DNA of 62,080 nt from Elusimicrobiota bacterium (GCA_041694815.1 JBGFSC010000009.1:1-62080), one strand, 5' to 3'. Shown: positions 43,175-52,770, numbered from the stretch's first letter. Program-made: numbers and translations. The notes: a model not told the origin generated them from the letters alone.

Positions 43175-44398
43175 CTAGAATCGTACCATGAAATCGAGTA
43201 TAAGACGGCGGACCGCCTTGTCGAAAGGAGCGAACTGCGTATCCAGTGTGTCCACGTTAAAGAATCTTGCCCGCAGTGTCATCCAGTCTGCCGGCGTGTA
43301 GGCCACCCAGAATATCTGTCCCTGCTGGTTGATGCCGCTGTCACCGAAATTCGAATCGGCGACATCCGCGATGGTGGCGTCCGTTTCAACATACTTTTGG
43401 AAAGCGCCGACCTCCCAGGTTCCGAAGACCCTTGCCTCGCCGACAATAATACCGAATTGATAGCCGTCGCGCCCCGGCGGACAGGTCTGTGCCGCGGGGC
43501 AGCCCGTGGTGCCGTTGAGTCCTCGAGCCAGCACGTTGCGAATGAAGCTGCCTTGGATGGAGATCGGAATCTGTCCCGCCCATGCCGAGAACTGATTACT
43601 TAGCTCCGCGACCCCGAAACGGTTGAGCAGCACGCCGTTGGGCGATCGGCGATTGCCGTCTTGTACCCTAAATGGGTTTAACGTATTGCGCTGCGTGTCC
43701 GTCCAGAGGTGATAGGCCGCCGCACTGCGCAGACGGGTATTGAACGGAAGTCGGAATTCGGTCCCCAATTGTTCGGAGAAGAACCACTGGTTTCTTGAGG
43801 AATTGGTGTCCTCATCAGCCACTCCCTGCATGGCGTTAGCGAACAACACCTGGCCCGTCGGCAGCAGCCATTCCGCGCCCTGGGCGAAGCCCTCCGGGTT
43901 TAGGTCCTCGTCCCATAGCATGTCGGAGCTATAGATGCGCCACAGAGAATTCGGCATCCGTCCGGACTGCATATAGACTACGAGATCGCCATCCTGTGAG
44001 ACAATCGGCGACCAACGCAAGAAGGTCAGGTCCAGCCATAACGGCTTCTGGCTGGAGAGATTGTCAAAGCTTTGGTTGCTCGAGGTCTGTTCGCCGGCTC
44101 CCGAGCCCAGCCGAACGGCTGCCGTTAAATCCCATGGCAGAAGAGCCTCGAATCCGAATCGCACGCGGTAACGCATTCGGTTGCGGTCACTCAAGCCCTG
44201 CGCCGTACCCCGCTTGTAGGCGCCATCGTTGCGCAGGCGCAGATCTCCGGAGAATGTGAGCATCTGCAAATATTCGAAGAAGCGAAGGTCCGGGGGTGTC
44301 CTCATCCGGTATTTCTCGATCCACACCTGGGCGGCGCCAGGAGACGCGAAAAAAAGGAGCGCCAGGAAACCGATCCGGCTCGCCCACCTTTGGTTCAT
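43175..44398 (-). CDS. Putative (phosphate-regulated) porin
   Basis: Signal peptide; GDLRLR, WDEDLNPEG and terminal F; position in the pho operon. Confidence 0.75.
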   Translation of the reverse strand: MNQRWASRIGFLALLFFASPGAAQVWIEKYRMRTPPDLRFFEYLQMLTFSGDLRLRNDGAYKRGTAQGLSDRNRMRYRVRFGFEALLPWDLTAAVRLGSGAGEQTSSNQSFDNLSSQKPLWLDLTFLRWSPIVSQDGDLVVYMQSGRMPNSLWRIYSSDMLWDEDLNPEGFAQGAEWLLPTGQVLFANAMQGVADEDTNSSRNQWFFSEQLGTEFRLPFNTRLRSAAAYHLWTDTQRNTLNPFRVQDGNRRSPNGVLLNRFGVAELSNQFSAWAGQIPISIQGSFIRNVLARGLNGTTGCPAAQTCPPGRDGYQFGIIVGEARVFGTWEVGAFQKYVETDATIADVADSNFGDSGINQQGQIFWVAYTPADWMTLRARFFNVDTLDTQFAPFDKAVRRLILDFMVRF

Positions 44399-44405
44399 GT
44401 GCTTC

Positions 44406-45398
44406 CTAGGCGCGCCAGAGGGTAAAGATCCAGTACGACGCCGCCGAGATCAAGGCGGAGACCGGGATCGTCATGATCCACGCCCAGATGATCCGGCCTC
44501 CCACTCCCCACTTGACCGCCGTGATGCGCTTAAGCGACCCGACGCCCATGATCGCTCCGGTGATGGTATGCGTGGTGCTGACGGGGACGCCCAGGGAGGA
44601 GGCCATGAACAACGTCAGCGCCCCGCCGGTCTCCGCGCAAAATCCGTCGAACGGGCGAAGCTTGGCGACCCGTTGGCCCATGGTCTTGACGATCCTCCAG
44701 CCTCCGAATAGCGTCCCCAACCCCATGGCCCCGTGGCAGGAGAGTACGACCCAGGTGGGGACATGGAAGGTGGGACCCAGCAGGCCCGCCGAGAAGAGAA
44801 GGACGGTGATGATGCCCATGGTCTTTTGGGCGTCGTTGCCGCCATGCCCCAGGCTGTAAAGAGCGGCGGATAGAAGCTGTCCTCGTCGGAAAAGGAAATC
44901 GACCTTGCTGGGGACCGAGTGGCGGAAAATCCAGTAGAAGAGGATCCCGATCGCGCAGCCGATGCTCATGCCCAGCAGGGGGGCCAATACCATGAAGACG
45001 ATCGTCTTCGTGATCCCAGCCCAGACCAGAGCGGAGGCTCCGACCTTGACCAGGGCCGAGCCGATGAAGCCGCCGATCAAGGCATGCGAGGAGCTCGTCG
45101 GCAGTCCCCAATACCAGGTGATGAGGTCCCAAAGGGAAGCGCCGATGAGGGTCGCGGCGATCACCCGATTGTCGACGATGCGAGGATCGACGATCCCCTT
45201 GCCGATCGTATTGGCCACGTGCAGGTCAAAGAACAGAAAGGCGATGAAGTTGAAGAAGGCCGCCCAGAATACGGCCGCGCGCGGCGAGAGCACCCGCGTG
45301 GAGACCACCGTGGCGATGGAATTGGCCGAATCGTGGAAGCCGTTGATGAAGTCGAAGATAAGGGCCAGGGCGATGATGGCGATCAGGGTCGTAGTCAT
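44406..45398 (-). CDS. pit: Inorganic phosphate transporter (PiT family), copy 2
   Basis: Same PiT motifs; closely similar to copy 1. Confidence 0.93.
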   Translation of the reverse strand: MTTTLIAIIALALIFDFINGFHDSANSIATVVSTRVLSPRAAVFWAAFFNFIAFLFFDLHVANTIGKGIVDPRIVDNRVIAATLIGASLWDLITWYWGLPTSSSHALIGGFIGSALVKVGASALVWAGITKTIVFMVLAPLLGMSIGCAIGILFYWIFRHSVPSKVDFLFRRGQLLSAALYSLGHGGNDAQKTMGIITVLLFSAGLLGPTFHVPTWVVLSCHGAMGLGTLFGGWRIVKTMGQRVAKLRPFDGFCAETGGALTLFMASSLGVPVSTTHTITGAIMGVGSLKRITAVKWGVGGRIIWAWIMTIPVSALISAASYWIFTLWRA

Positions 45399-45402
45399 GA
45401 CG

Positions 45403-46029
45403 TCAGCCCTGCTTGACCAATATCGACTCGATCGTGTTGGCCACGTCCTCGCATTTGTCGATGGCGGCCTCTATCCCCTCGTAGACCTCCTTCCACTTGA
45501 TGACCTCGAGTGGACCCGGCCGGCCGCCGAATAGCTTGGCCAAGGCCGCCTCCATGATGCGGTCGGCGGTGTTCTCGAGCCGGTTGACCTCGATGCAGTA
45601 GTCGAGGGTGCGTCGGATCTTTTCGGGCTTGCCCAGCTCGACGACGGCCTTGCGCACGTTGTCGACGGCTTGGCGCAGCGTGTCGCTCAGATCGATGAGC
45701 TCGGGCGTCGGCTCCTCGATCCGGTAGAGGTGCATGCGCAAGGCCACGTGCTGCACGAGATCGACGATGTCGTCGAGCTCGCTGGCCAAGGCGTGAATGT
45801 CCTCGCGGTCGAGCGGGGTGATGAAGGTGCGGTTGAGTCGGTCGTGTATCTCGTGGGCGGTGATGTCGGCCTCATGCTCGATGGCGTGGAGCTTATCGAT
45901 CTCCTCCTGCCTGGCTGGCCAGCGCTTGGCCATCTCGTGGAACAGGCGAGCCGCGGCCAGGTTGTGTTCGGCCTGCAGCTCGAAGAGCTCGAAGAACTTC
46001 TCTTCTTTCGGGATCAGGGTGAGTTTCAT
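45403..46029 (-). CDS. DUF47 Pit accessory protein
   Basis: EHEAD, TFITPLDREDI, RLEN.AD and D.CEDVAN motifs. Confidence 0.9.
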   Translation of the reverse strand: MKLTLIPKEEKFFELFELQAEHNLAAARLFHEMAKRWPARQEEIDKLHAIEHEADITAHEIHDRLNRTFITPLDREDIHALASELDDIVDLVQHVALRMHLYRIEEPTPELIDLSDTLRQAVDNVRKAVVELGKPEKIRRTLDYCIEVNRLENTADRIMEAALAKLFGGRPGPLEVIKWKEVYEGIEAAIDKCEDVANTIESILVKQG

Positions 46030-46105
46030 TCATGTCTCCTGGATTTGCCTTTTTTTTGACGGGGGCATGATAACAGAAGGCGGGATGCGGCCCGATAGTC
46101 GGCGG

Positions 46106-46134
46106 GTAAAGCCTGCATGACAACGGCGTGACAG
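46106..46134 (-). promoter_or_regulatory. Pho box
   Basis: CTGTCAC-N4-TTGTCAT-N4-GCTTTAC with 11-bp period, upstream of the DUF47-pit-porin-pst operon; TATCAT further downstream. Confidence 0.8.
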
Positions 46135-46140
46135 GCGGGA

Positions 46141-47064
46141 TTAGGCGGCGGGTAGGGAGAAGCGGAAGCTCGAGCCCTGGCCGGGCTCGCTGTCGACGGA
46201 GACGCACCCGCCGTGTCCCTCGACGATATGCTTGACGATCGCCAGGCCCAGCCCCGCGCCCCCGAGCTCGCGGGCCCGAGCCTTGTCGACGCGGTAGAAG
46301 CGCTCGAAGAGGCGGGGCAGGTCCTGGGCCGGGATGCCGGGCCCGTTATCCTGCACCGATACGGTGACCGTCCCATTTTGGGCCGCCGCCGAGACTAGTA
46401 CCGTCGCCTTCTCCGGTGAGAATTTGACTGCATTGTCGATGAGATTGATAAAGACCTGGCGCATCTGCCCGCGGTCGGCGCGCACGTTCGGGATATTATG
46501 GAACGGCTCCACGCGCAGCACGGTCCGCTTCTTGGAGGCCAGCGGCTTGAGGCTGGCCGCGGCCTCGGCGGCCACCCGCATCAAGGAGAGCGGCTCGAAA
46601 TTGGGCGGCATGCGCCCCGACTCCAGGGCCGAGAGGTCGAGTAGTTCATCGACCAAGCGCGACATGCGCTCGGCGTTGCTCTCGATCTCGCGCGCGAACT
46701 CAAGCCGCTGGGAGGGCTCCTCGACGGCGCCGGAGCCCAGCGTCTCGGCGAAGGCCTTGATCGAGGCCAGCGGCGTGCGGAGCTCGTGCGACGCGTTGGC
46801 TACGAACTCCTTGCGGAGGCTCTCGAGCCTTTTGAGCTCGCGGATGTCGTGCTGGAAGCGCTCGGCGAGAAGGTTGATGCTCGAGGCGAGCCGGCCCAGA
46901 CTACCGCCGCGCGGCCCCGCGCGGGCGGCATGCTCGCCGCGGGCTAAGCGCTCGGCCGTTTCCGAGATTTCCGCGAGTGGGCGCAGCCAGAAGCGGCGCA
47001 TCCAGAGGGCCACGAGTAGGGCGGCGAAGGCCAGGCCGGCGAGAAAGCCGAAGAAGGCCTGCAT
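46141..47064 (-). CDS. phoR: Sensor histidine kinase (PhoR-like, HAMP)
   Basis: ANASHELRTPL, NLIDNAVKF, DNGPGI, FERFYRVD and GLGLAI motifs. Confidence 0.85.
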   Translation of the reverse strand: MQAFFGFLAGLAFAALLVALWMRRFWLRPLAEISETAERLARGEHAARAGPRGGSLGRLASSINLLAERFQHDIRELKRLESLRKEFVANASHELRTPLASIKAFAETLGSGAVEEPSQRLEFAREIESNAERMSRLVDELLDLSALESGRMPPNFEPLSLMRVAAEAAASLKPLASKKRTVLRVEPFHNIPNVRADRGQMRQVFINLIDNAVKFSPEKATVLVSAAAQNGTVTVSVQDNGPGIPAQDLPRLFERFYRVDKARARELGGAGLGLAIVKHIVEGHGGCVSVDSEPGQGSSFRFSLPAA

Positions 47065-47738
47065 CAGTCCAGCTTGAGCCGATAGCCGACGTTCTTGACC
47101 GTCACGAGACGGGCGGCCTCGGGGCCCAGTTTCTCGCGCAGCCGCGCGATATGCTGGTCGATCGTGCGCGTGTCGATCTCCATCGACTTGTCGTAGCCCC
47201 AGACGCGCTCGAGCAGCTGGTCCCGGGTGAGCGCCTTGCCGTCGGACTCCAAGAGGCACTTGAGGAAATCGAACTCCTTGGAGCTAAGAGCTACGGCCGT
47301 CCCCCGGACCCGCGCCTCGTAGCGCTCGACGTCCACTTCGAGCGTGCCGGCTCGCCGCACGCCCGTCTCCACCGGGCGGCTCCTCTTGAGGATCGCCTTC
47401 ACGCGCGCCATCAGCTCGCGCACGCTGAAGGGCTTGGTAACGTAGTCATCGGCCCCGAGCTCTAGTCCGAGCACGCGGTCGACTTCCTCCTTGCGCGCGG
47501 TGAGCAGTAGCACCGGGATCTGGGATTGGCGCCGCAGCTGCTTTAAGAGCTCGAAGCCGTCGAGCTTGGGGAGCATCAAGTCCAGAATGACCAGATCCGG
47601 CTTCTCCTTGCGGAAGGCGGCCAGACCCGACTCGCCGTCGCAGGCCGCGGAGACGGCGTAGCCTTCCTTCTCCAGATTGAAGCGGAGCACCTTGACGAGC
47701 GGCTTTTCGTCTTCGACTAGCAGTATTTTACCGGGCAT
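47064..47738 (-). CDS. phoB: OmpR/PhoB response regulator
   Basis: LLVEDE, DLMLP, GADDYVTKPF and winged-helix C-terminus; pho context. Confidence 0.85.
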   Translation of the reverse strand: MPGKILLVEDEKPLVKVLRFNLEKEGYAVSAACDGESGLAAFRKEKPDLVILDLMLPKLDGFELLKQLRRQSQIPVLLLTARKEEVDRVLGLELGADDYVTKPFSVRELMARVKAILKRSRPVETGVRRAGTLEVDVERYEARVRGTAVALSSKEFDFLKCLLESDGKALTRDQLLERVWGYDKSMEIDTRTIDQHIARLREKLGPEAARLVTVKNVGYRLKLD

Positions 47739-47743
47739 GTCAC

Positions 47744-47786
47744 GGCGCGGGTGGCGGGCATGGGACCCATGCCCGCCACCCGCGCC
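47744..47786. repeat. Perfect 21-bp palindrome immediately upstream of phoB
   Basis: GGCGCGGGTGGCGGGCATGGG-A-CCCATGCCCGCCACCCGCGCC. Confidence 0.85.
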
Positions 47787-47874
47787 ATTTTAGCATTTGG
47801 GCGCTCACGAAAAAGTTGCGCGCCCGTCAGGCTGCGTCGACGGCTCCGGGGTACGATGAAAGAGGAGGTGGATT

Positions 47875-48156
47875 ATGGCTACTCGAGAATCTAGCTCAGG
47901 ATGGGTGTATGGATTGCTCGGCTGCGTGACCGGGATCGGCATCGGCATCGTGCTCGCGGCGATGGCCGAGCAGGAGCAGCGGCAAAAGGGCGTGGCTTCG
48001 AGGATCTTGGAGAAGATCCCGCGGCGCATCAAGGTCGCCGGAGCGGTTGGAGCGGTAAAGGGAGCGGGGGGCGAGGCCTATCGCGAGATCAAGCACAAGG
48101 CCGGAGAGACGTTCGGGAGAGAGGAGGAAAAAACCTTCGGCGAGCAAAATCTGTAG
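47875..48156 (+). CDS. Small membrane-anchored hypothetical protein (YtxH-like)
   Basis: Strong AGGAGGT RBS; Gly-rich TM followed by a charged tail. Confidence 0.6.
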   Translation: MATRESSSGWVYGLLGCVTGIGIGIVLAAMAEQEQRQKGVASRILEKIPRRIKVAGAVGAVKGAGGEAYREIKHKAGETFGREEEKTFGEQNL

Positions 48157-48167
48157 GGAACGAGGGC

Positions 48168-48641
48168 TTAATTCCAGGACTTGAAATAATACCTCAACCC
48201 CACCCCACCGACCACGTAGACCCCGCCGTCAGGGGCCATGCGGAAGAATGGGCCGAGTTCGGCGAAGAGCTCCAGAGGGTGCCCCTCAAGCCAGTAGCTG
48301 GCTCCGCTGATGAGCCTCAGGCCGAATTCGGCCTCCGAGGCGGCTTCGATCCGCGGGCCGCCGCCCACGTAGGCGGCTAGGCGGCCCTGCGACGGCTGGG
48401 GGAAGGCCTTCCAACCGTGGTAGAGGAAGTCGCCGTAGACGGCGAAATTGCCCTGGCTGATGTCCTGGCCCATCGCCAGATCGAGGGCCGAGAACTTATC
48501 GAGCCATAGCTTTCCGCTGGCGCCGATCACGTCTCCGGCCGTTAGCCCCACGCCGATCTCCCGAGCGCTTTGCGCCGCGCCGAGCGAGGGAATAAGGACG
48601 GCCATCAACGTCCATAAGGCGACTTTCACGGCGGTGAGCAT
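48168..48641 (-). CDS. Small outer-membrane beta-barrel protein
   Basis: Signal peptide; alternating beta strands; GLRYYF terminus. Confidence 0.7.
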   Translation of the reverse strand: MLTAVKVALWTLMAVLIPSLGAAQSAREIGVGLTAGDVIGASGKLWLDKFSALDLAMGQDISQGNFAVYGDFLYHGWKAFPQPSQGRLAAYVGGGPRIEAASEAEFGLRLISGASYWLEGHPLELFAELGPFFRMAPDGGVYVVGGVGLRYYFKSWN

Positions 48642-48697
48642 ATAAAAACTGAAGGCGGTCGATCAAGGGAATCAATCATTGCCTGCGTCCTCGCAGT

Positions 48698-49987
48698 ATG
48701 CTATCAAGTCGACGGAGGCACACGATCCCGACGGCCAGATTCCGCTCCTATGCCGCGTCGCTCAAGGCCGTTCCCGCGAAGGATTGGCGTGTCGCCGCCA
48801 TTGTCTTCCTTAACTTCTTCTTGATCATCGCCTGCTACGCGATGCTCAAGCCCGTGCGCAGCGCGCTCTTGGTGGCGCAATTGGGCGCCTCCTTCCTTCC
48901 CTATCTATGGTGCGCCTCAGGCGTCACGATCGCCCTGTTCGTGATGGTCTACAACCGGCTCATCGACCGGTTCCTGCCCCGGCTAGTCGTCATCGGCACG
49001 GCGGCCTTCTTCCTGGCGGTGCTCTACTTCACGCGCCGGGGCTTGGCCGGCGGGCTGTGGTGGGCGGTGCCGGCGCTCTACATTTGGTGCGACCTGTTCT
49101 CGATCGTGATGATCGAGCAGCTCTGGTCCTTGTCGGACGATCTCTTCAAGACGGAGGAGGCCAAATGCCTCTATGGGCTCATCGGTAGCGGCCCGATTTT
49201 CGGAGGCATCGCCGGCGGCGCGCTCGCCTCGGCGGCGGGACGGTATTTCCGGACGGAGGGGCTGCTGTCCTTGTCGATCGCGCTGCTCGTCGCCCTCATC
49301 CTATCGAGCGCGGTCCTCGCCTGGATACTGCACCGGCGCGGTTTCCGCCAGGAGCTGCGCCGCGGCGATTCCTTCAGCCTGCTCGAAGGCTTCAAGATGG
49401 TGTGGGCGAGCCGGTATCTGTCCTGGATACTTGCCGCCGTCGTCTTAAGCCAGGTCATCAGCAACATCATCGACCTCCAGTTCAATTACATGCTCGAGAC
49501 CCGCTTTTCCACGATCGATTCCCGCACTGCGTTCCTGGGGGCCTTCCACGTCTGGCTCAACCTGGGCAGCCTCTTCATCATGCTCGTGGTGACGCCTTTC
49601 TTCCATAACGCCCTCGGCCTGTTGCCGTCGCTGATGGCGCTGCCGGTGACGAATCTGGCCTGGCTGGCCGCCTCGATCCTCTACCCGGCGCAATGGACGA
49701 TGTTCGGGCTTAAATTCGCCGACAAGGGCCTCAATTACTCCATCAACCGCGCCACCAAGGAGCTACTCTACATCCCTACTTCTAAAGAAGAGAAATATAA
49801 GGCCAAGGCGGTCATCGACATGTTCGGCTACCGCGTCAGCGAGATGGCGGGGGCGGCCCTGGTGCTGCCGGCGCTGCGCTATCTGCCGATCATGTCCTTG
49901 GGGGCCATTAACGTGCTGCTCATCGCGGGACTCATCGCGGTCAATTGGCGGCTCAAAAGGGGCTACGATCGACTGGCGACCGCCTGA
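48698..49987 (+). CDS. Npt1/Npt2 (TLC-family) nucleotide transporter-like protein
   Basis: Y.MLKPVRS, QLWS...D, YSINRATKELLYIP and KYKAKAVID motifs. Confidence 0.8.
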   Translation: MLSSRRRHTIPTARFRSYAASLKAVPAKDWRVAAIVFLNFFLIIACYAMLKPVRSALLVAQLGASFLPYLWCASGVTIALFVMVYNRLIDRFLPRLVVIGTAAFFLAVLYFTRRGLAGGLWWAVPALYIWCDLFSIVMIEQLWSLSDDLFKTEEAKCLYGLIGSGPIFGGIAGGALASAAGRYFRTEGLLSLSIALLVALILSSAVLAWILHRRGFRQELRRGDSFSLLEGFKMVWASRYLSWILAAVVLSQVISNIIDLQFNYMLETRFSTIDSRTAFLGAFHVWLNLGSLFIMLVVTPFFHNALGLLPSLMALPVTNLAWLAASILYPAQWTMFGLKFADKGLNYSINRATKELLYIPTSKEEKYKAKAVIDMFGYRVSEMAGAALVLPALRYLPIMSLGAINVLLIAGLIAVNWRLKRGYDRLATA

Positions 49988-49995
49988 CCTGCTCC

Positions 49996-50030
49996 AAAAA
50001 GCGCTGACGAATCCCGGCGCTTTTTTATTT
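49996..50030. terminator. Bidirectional intrinsic terminator
   Basis: AAAAAGCGCTG...CGGCGCTTTTTTATT between convergent genes. Confidence 0.7.
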
Positions 50031-50128
50031 CGCCTCGGCCAACCGGTTGGTAAAAAGCGGGGACCCCCAAGCCTTACGTGCTCACTTGCCGAAACAAACT
50101 GCCAAGTAGAACTCGCCAAAGAAAAACT

Positions 50129-50803
50129 TTATTTTTGTAGAGCTCTTTGTGCCATCCGATGCAGATCTGGATCAGCAAGAGCTTGAAGTTTCTTTTTGAC
50201 GACACGCGAGAAATACTCTCTTTCTGTTTTATTCATGGGCTCGTGCCGGAGCCTCTTCTTGAGGAGATCCTTTTGTTTGGGTGAAAAAACTAGCGAGAGA
50301 AGAAAGGCATTCCGAAACTCCTCCCGGAGTTTTTCTTTTCCGGAGGAAGCATCATGCTCCTTTTGCCGGACGACGTAATTGAGAAACGTTGTCTTGAGGC
50401 GATCCAAGTCCAATTCTTTGCCGCCCGCCAGTTTTGCCGCATGACTTCCGGCGAGCTGTTTCTTGAATTCTGGCTCATCCTTTAGGCCGAGCTTTTTTGC
50501 CTTGTTGCGCAAATCCTCAAGGCCATACAGCTCGAACAGGAAGAGTGAGACCTGAACGAGCGCCCTTAGTTTTTTGCGCTCTTCAAGATTTCCAAGTTGA
50601 GCTTCTGCTTTCGCCAGATCCACCCCGGAGTCTTCGCGGCTCAATGCGTTGGCCAGAACGACAGGAAAGCCTTCGAGCATCCGCGTATTCTCGCTCTCGA
50701 CAAGGGAGGCGAGAAGATCGTTCGGATCGGCGTTCGGGCGCAAAAGAGGGTACCCGTACTCGTTTAGCGCGGCTGCAAGTGATGTAGAATCGTCGGATTC
50801 CAT
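50129..50803 (-). CDS. Hypothetical partner of the nucleotidyltransferase (putative antitoxin/regulator)
   Basis: Tightly coupled downstream of 50808..51380; C-terminal helical FSPKQK...TEREYFSR segment. Confidence 0.55.
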   Translation of the reverse strand: MESDDSTSLAAALNEYGYPLLRPNADPNDLLASLVESENTRMLEGFPVVLANALSREDSGVDLAKAEAQLGNLEERKKLRALVQVSLFLFELYGLEDLRNKAKKLGLKDEPEFKKQLAGSHAAKLAGGKELDLDRLKTTFLNYVVRQKEHDASSGKEKLREEFRNAFLLSLVFSPKQKDLLKKRLRHEPMNKTEREYFSRVVKKKLQALADPDLHRMAQRALQK

Positions 50804-50807
50804 TTGT

Positions 50808-51380
50808 TTAGTCCTCCAGGCGTTTTAATAAGAACGCCAGGTTTCCCAAAACACTCTGCTCATTGTTGACATACAACGCGGCCTCTTCATATCGACCTTT
50901 TAACTTTTCCACGTCGAAGACCTGGCCGCGGTTACGTATTAACCTCAGGCAGTCCTCGACGTCGACTTCCGTGCCCCTGAACATTTTGGTTATGACCAAG
51001 TCATAATCATTAAGAGCGCTGACCTCGAGCTTCTTAAAGGCTTTGATGGGGATATGGTTGCCTTTATCAAGTGGCGACTCGAGCAGCTCGGTCTGAAATA
51101 CCGTGTTGCCGGCGAATAGGTCGAATACTAGGCCGTCGCCCCGCGACCATCCACTGCCGCTCGTCGGGCGGTAATCAAGTTTTTTGAGTGTTCGAACCAG
51201 CTCTCGATACTCGTCGTCATGGGGGACAAGGAAATCGACGTCTTTAGTCGATTCCTTGAGGTCCTGGAGAGTAAGGGCCGTTCCACCGCATGCGACGACG
51301 CGGACTTTGCTCGGAAGGTAGGGATCCCATCCCTCAAGGACCGCCCAGAGGCCTTCTTTTGTGAGTCTGTAATTATTCAT
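50808..51380 (-). CDS. DUF6036/AbiEii-like nucleotidyltransferase
   Basis: GGTAL...TKDVDF motif; DLVITK; D..D. Confidence 0.75.
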   Translation of the reverse strand: MNNYRLTKEGLWAVLEGWDPYLPSKVRVVACGGTALTLQDLKESTKDVDFLVPHDDEYRELVRTLKKLDYRPTSGSGWSRGDGLVFDLFAGNTVFQTELLESPLDKGNHIPIKAFKKLEVSALNDYDLVITKMFRGTEVDVEDCLRLIRNRGQVFDVEKLKGRYEEAALYVNNEQSVLGNLAFLLKRLED

Positions 51381-51616
51381 ACATTATATTGCATATAATA
51401 AATCAATTATATGTACATTATAGTACAATATTTGCTTCTGTCAAGGGGTTTTTGGGAATTAAAACTTTCCGGTACGTTATGCATTAAGAGCCTATCCATC
51501 GGTGAAAATTTTTCGGTTGCTCGTAGACGTCTACTTGCGAACTCGTGCGACGCCTCAAAAACCGCCTTTCTCGACGATAAACTTGCTTTCTCGCACCGCT
51601 TTTGATATCCTAATTC

Positions 51617-51693
51617 CGCGGGGTAGAGCAGCCTGGTAGCTCGCAAGGCTCATAACCTTGAGGTCGCTGGTTCAAATCCAGCCCCCGCAACCA
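51617..51693 (+). tRNA. tRNA-fMet (CAT), initiator
   Basis: CGCGGGG...CTCATAA...GGTTCAAATCC...CCCGCAACCA; 77 nt; C1:A72 mismatch; encoded CCA. Confidence 0.95.
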
Positions 51694-51725
51694 TTTCCCT
51701 AGGTTTCTCGACGAAAAACTGAACT

Positions 51726-51757
51726 AACCCGGGCTCAAAAGGCCCGGGTTTTTCTTT
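51726..51757 (+). terminator. Intrinsic terminator after tRNA
   Basis: AACCCGGGC-TCAAAAG-GCCCGGGTT followed by a T-run. Confidence 0.75.
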
Positions 51758-51801
51758 GCTCGCTAGGCCTGCAAGGTCTCAAGGTTAGCGGAGGATCTCG
51801 C

Positions 51802-52770
51802 ATGGGAAATGGCATCGGATACGCGCCGCAGAGCGTCAACCAAGTCCCCATAGGTAATGCCTCGGAGGCCTTCATGCTCCGATGCCACGCGCAGAATCTT
51901 ACCAATGGGACCATCACTTGGTACACCGACCTCCTGCGCCTCTGGAATAGGTACCTCGAGTCGAAAGGCGTGACCCTCGCCAAGGAGGTTACGCCGGAGC
52001 TCATCCGGTCCTATTTTGACGACATGCGCAAGCGCGGCCTGGCGTCAGGCACGATCGCGCACACCTACGGTGCGCTGCGCTGCTTCTTTGGATTCCTTGC
52101 GCGCGAACGGATGATCCCGCAGAACCCCTTCGCCCTGGTCGCCAAACCGCGGATGGAGAAGAAGCTCATCAAGCCGCTCTCGATGGATCAGGCGCGGTTG
52201 CTTCTGGCGGCCATCAACAAGCGGCCTTTCCAAGGACAGCGGCTTTGGACCATGGTTGTCCTAATTCTCGATACTGGCCTGCGCGTCGCGGAAGTCATGG
52301 GGCTCAGGATGGACGATGTGGACTTTCAGGTGGGAGCGCTGCGCGTGTTAGGTAAGGGCGGCAAGGAGAGGCAGGTTCCGTTTAGCTCCACGGCCAAGCA
52401 GGCGCTTTGGAACTACATCGCGCGGCGCGGGGAAATCCCGGGGCAAGACTTTGTTTTCGTCAGCCAATTCGGGCAGCCGCTGGACCGCTGCTGGATGAGG
52501 AAGGCATTGCGTTGTGTCAACCGCAGGCTCGGGCTCAAGGGAGTCCGTCTATCGCCGCATACCTTAAGGCATACCTTCGCGACACAATACATCATCAACG
52601 GCGGAGACGCCTTCAGCCTCCAGGCGATCCTCGGTCATTCGACGATCGATATGGTCAAGGTTTACGTGGCGCTCGCCAACCGGGACATTGCCTTGCTTCA
52701 TCGGCGCTTCAGCCCGATGGAACGCATGGGAGTCGTGCCTGGCAGCAGGCGCCGCATCATGATCCGCTGA
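51802..52770 (+). CDS. Tyrosine recombinase/integrase
   Basis: DTGLR, GKGGKER, HTLRHTFA and LGHS...Y motifs; adjacent to the tRNA 3' end. Confidence 0.92.
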   Translation: MGNGIGYAPQSVNQVPIGNASEAFMLRCHAQNLTNGTITWYTDLLRLWNRYLESKGVTLAKEVTPELIRSYFDDMRKRGLASGTIAHTYGALRCFFGFLARERMIPQNPFALVAKPRMEKKLIKPLSMDQARLLLAAINKRPFQGQRLWTMVVLILDTGLRVAEVMGLRMDDVDFQVGALRVLGKGGKERQVPFSSTAKQALWNYIARRGEIPGQDFVFVSQFGQPLDRCWMRKALRCVNRRLGLKGVRLSPHTLRHTFATQYIINGGDAFSLQAILGHSTIDMVKVYVALANRDIALLHRRFSPMERMGVVPGSRRRIMIR

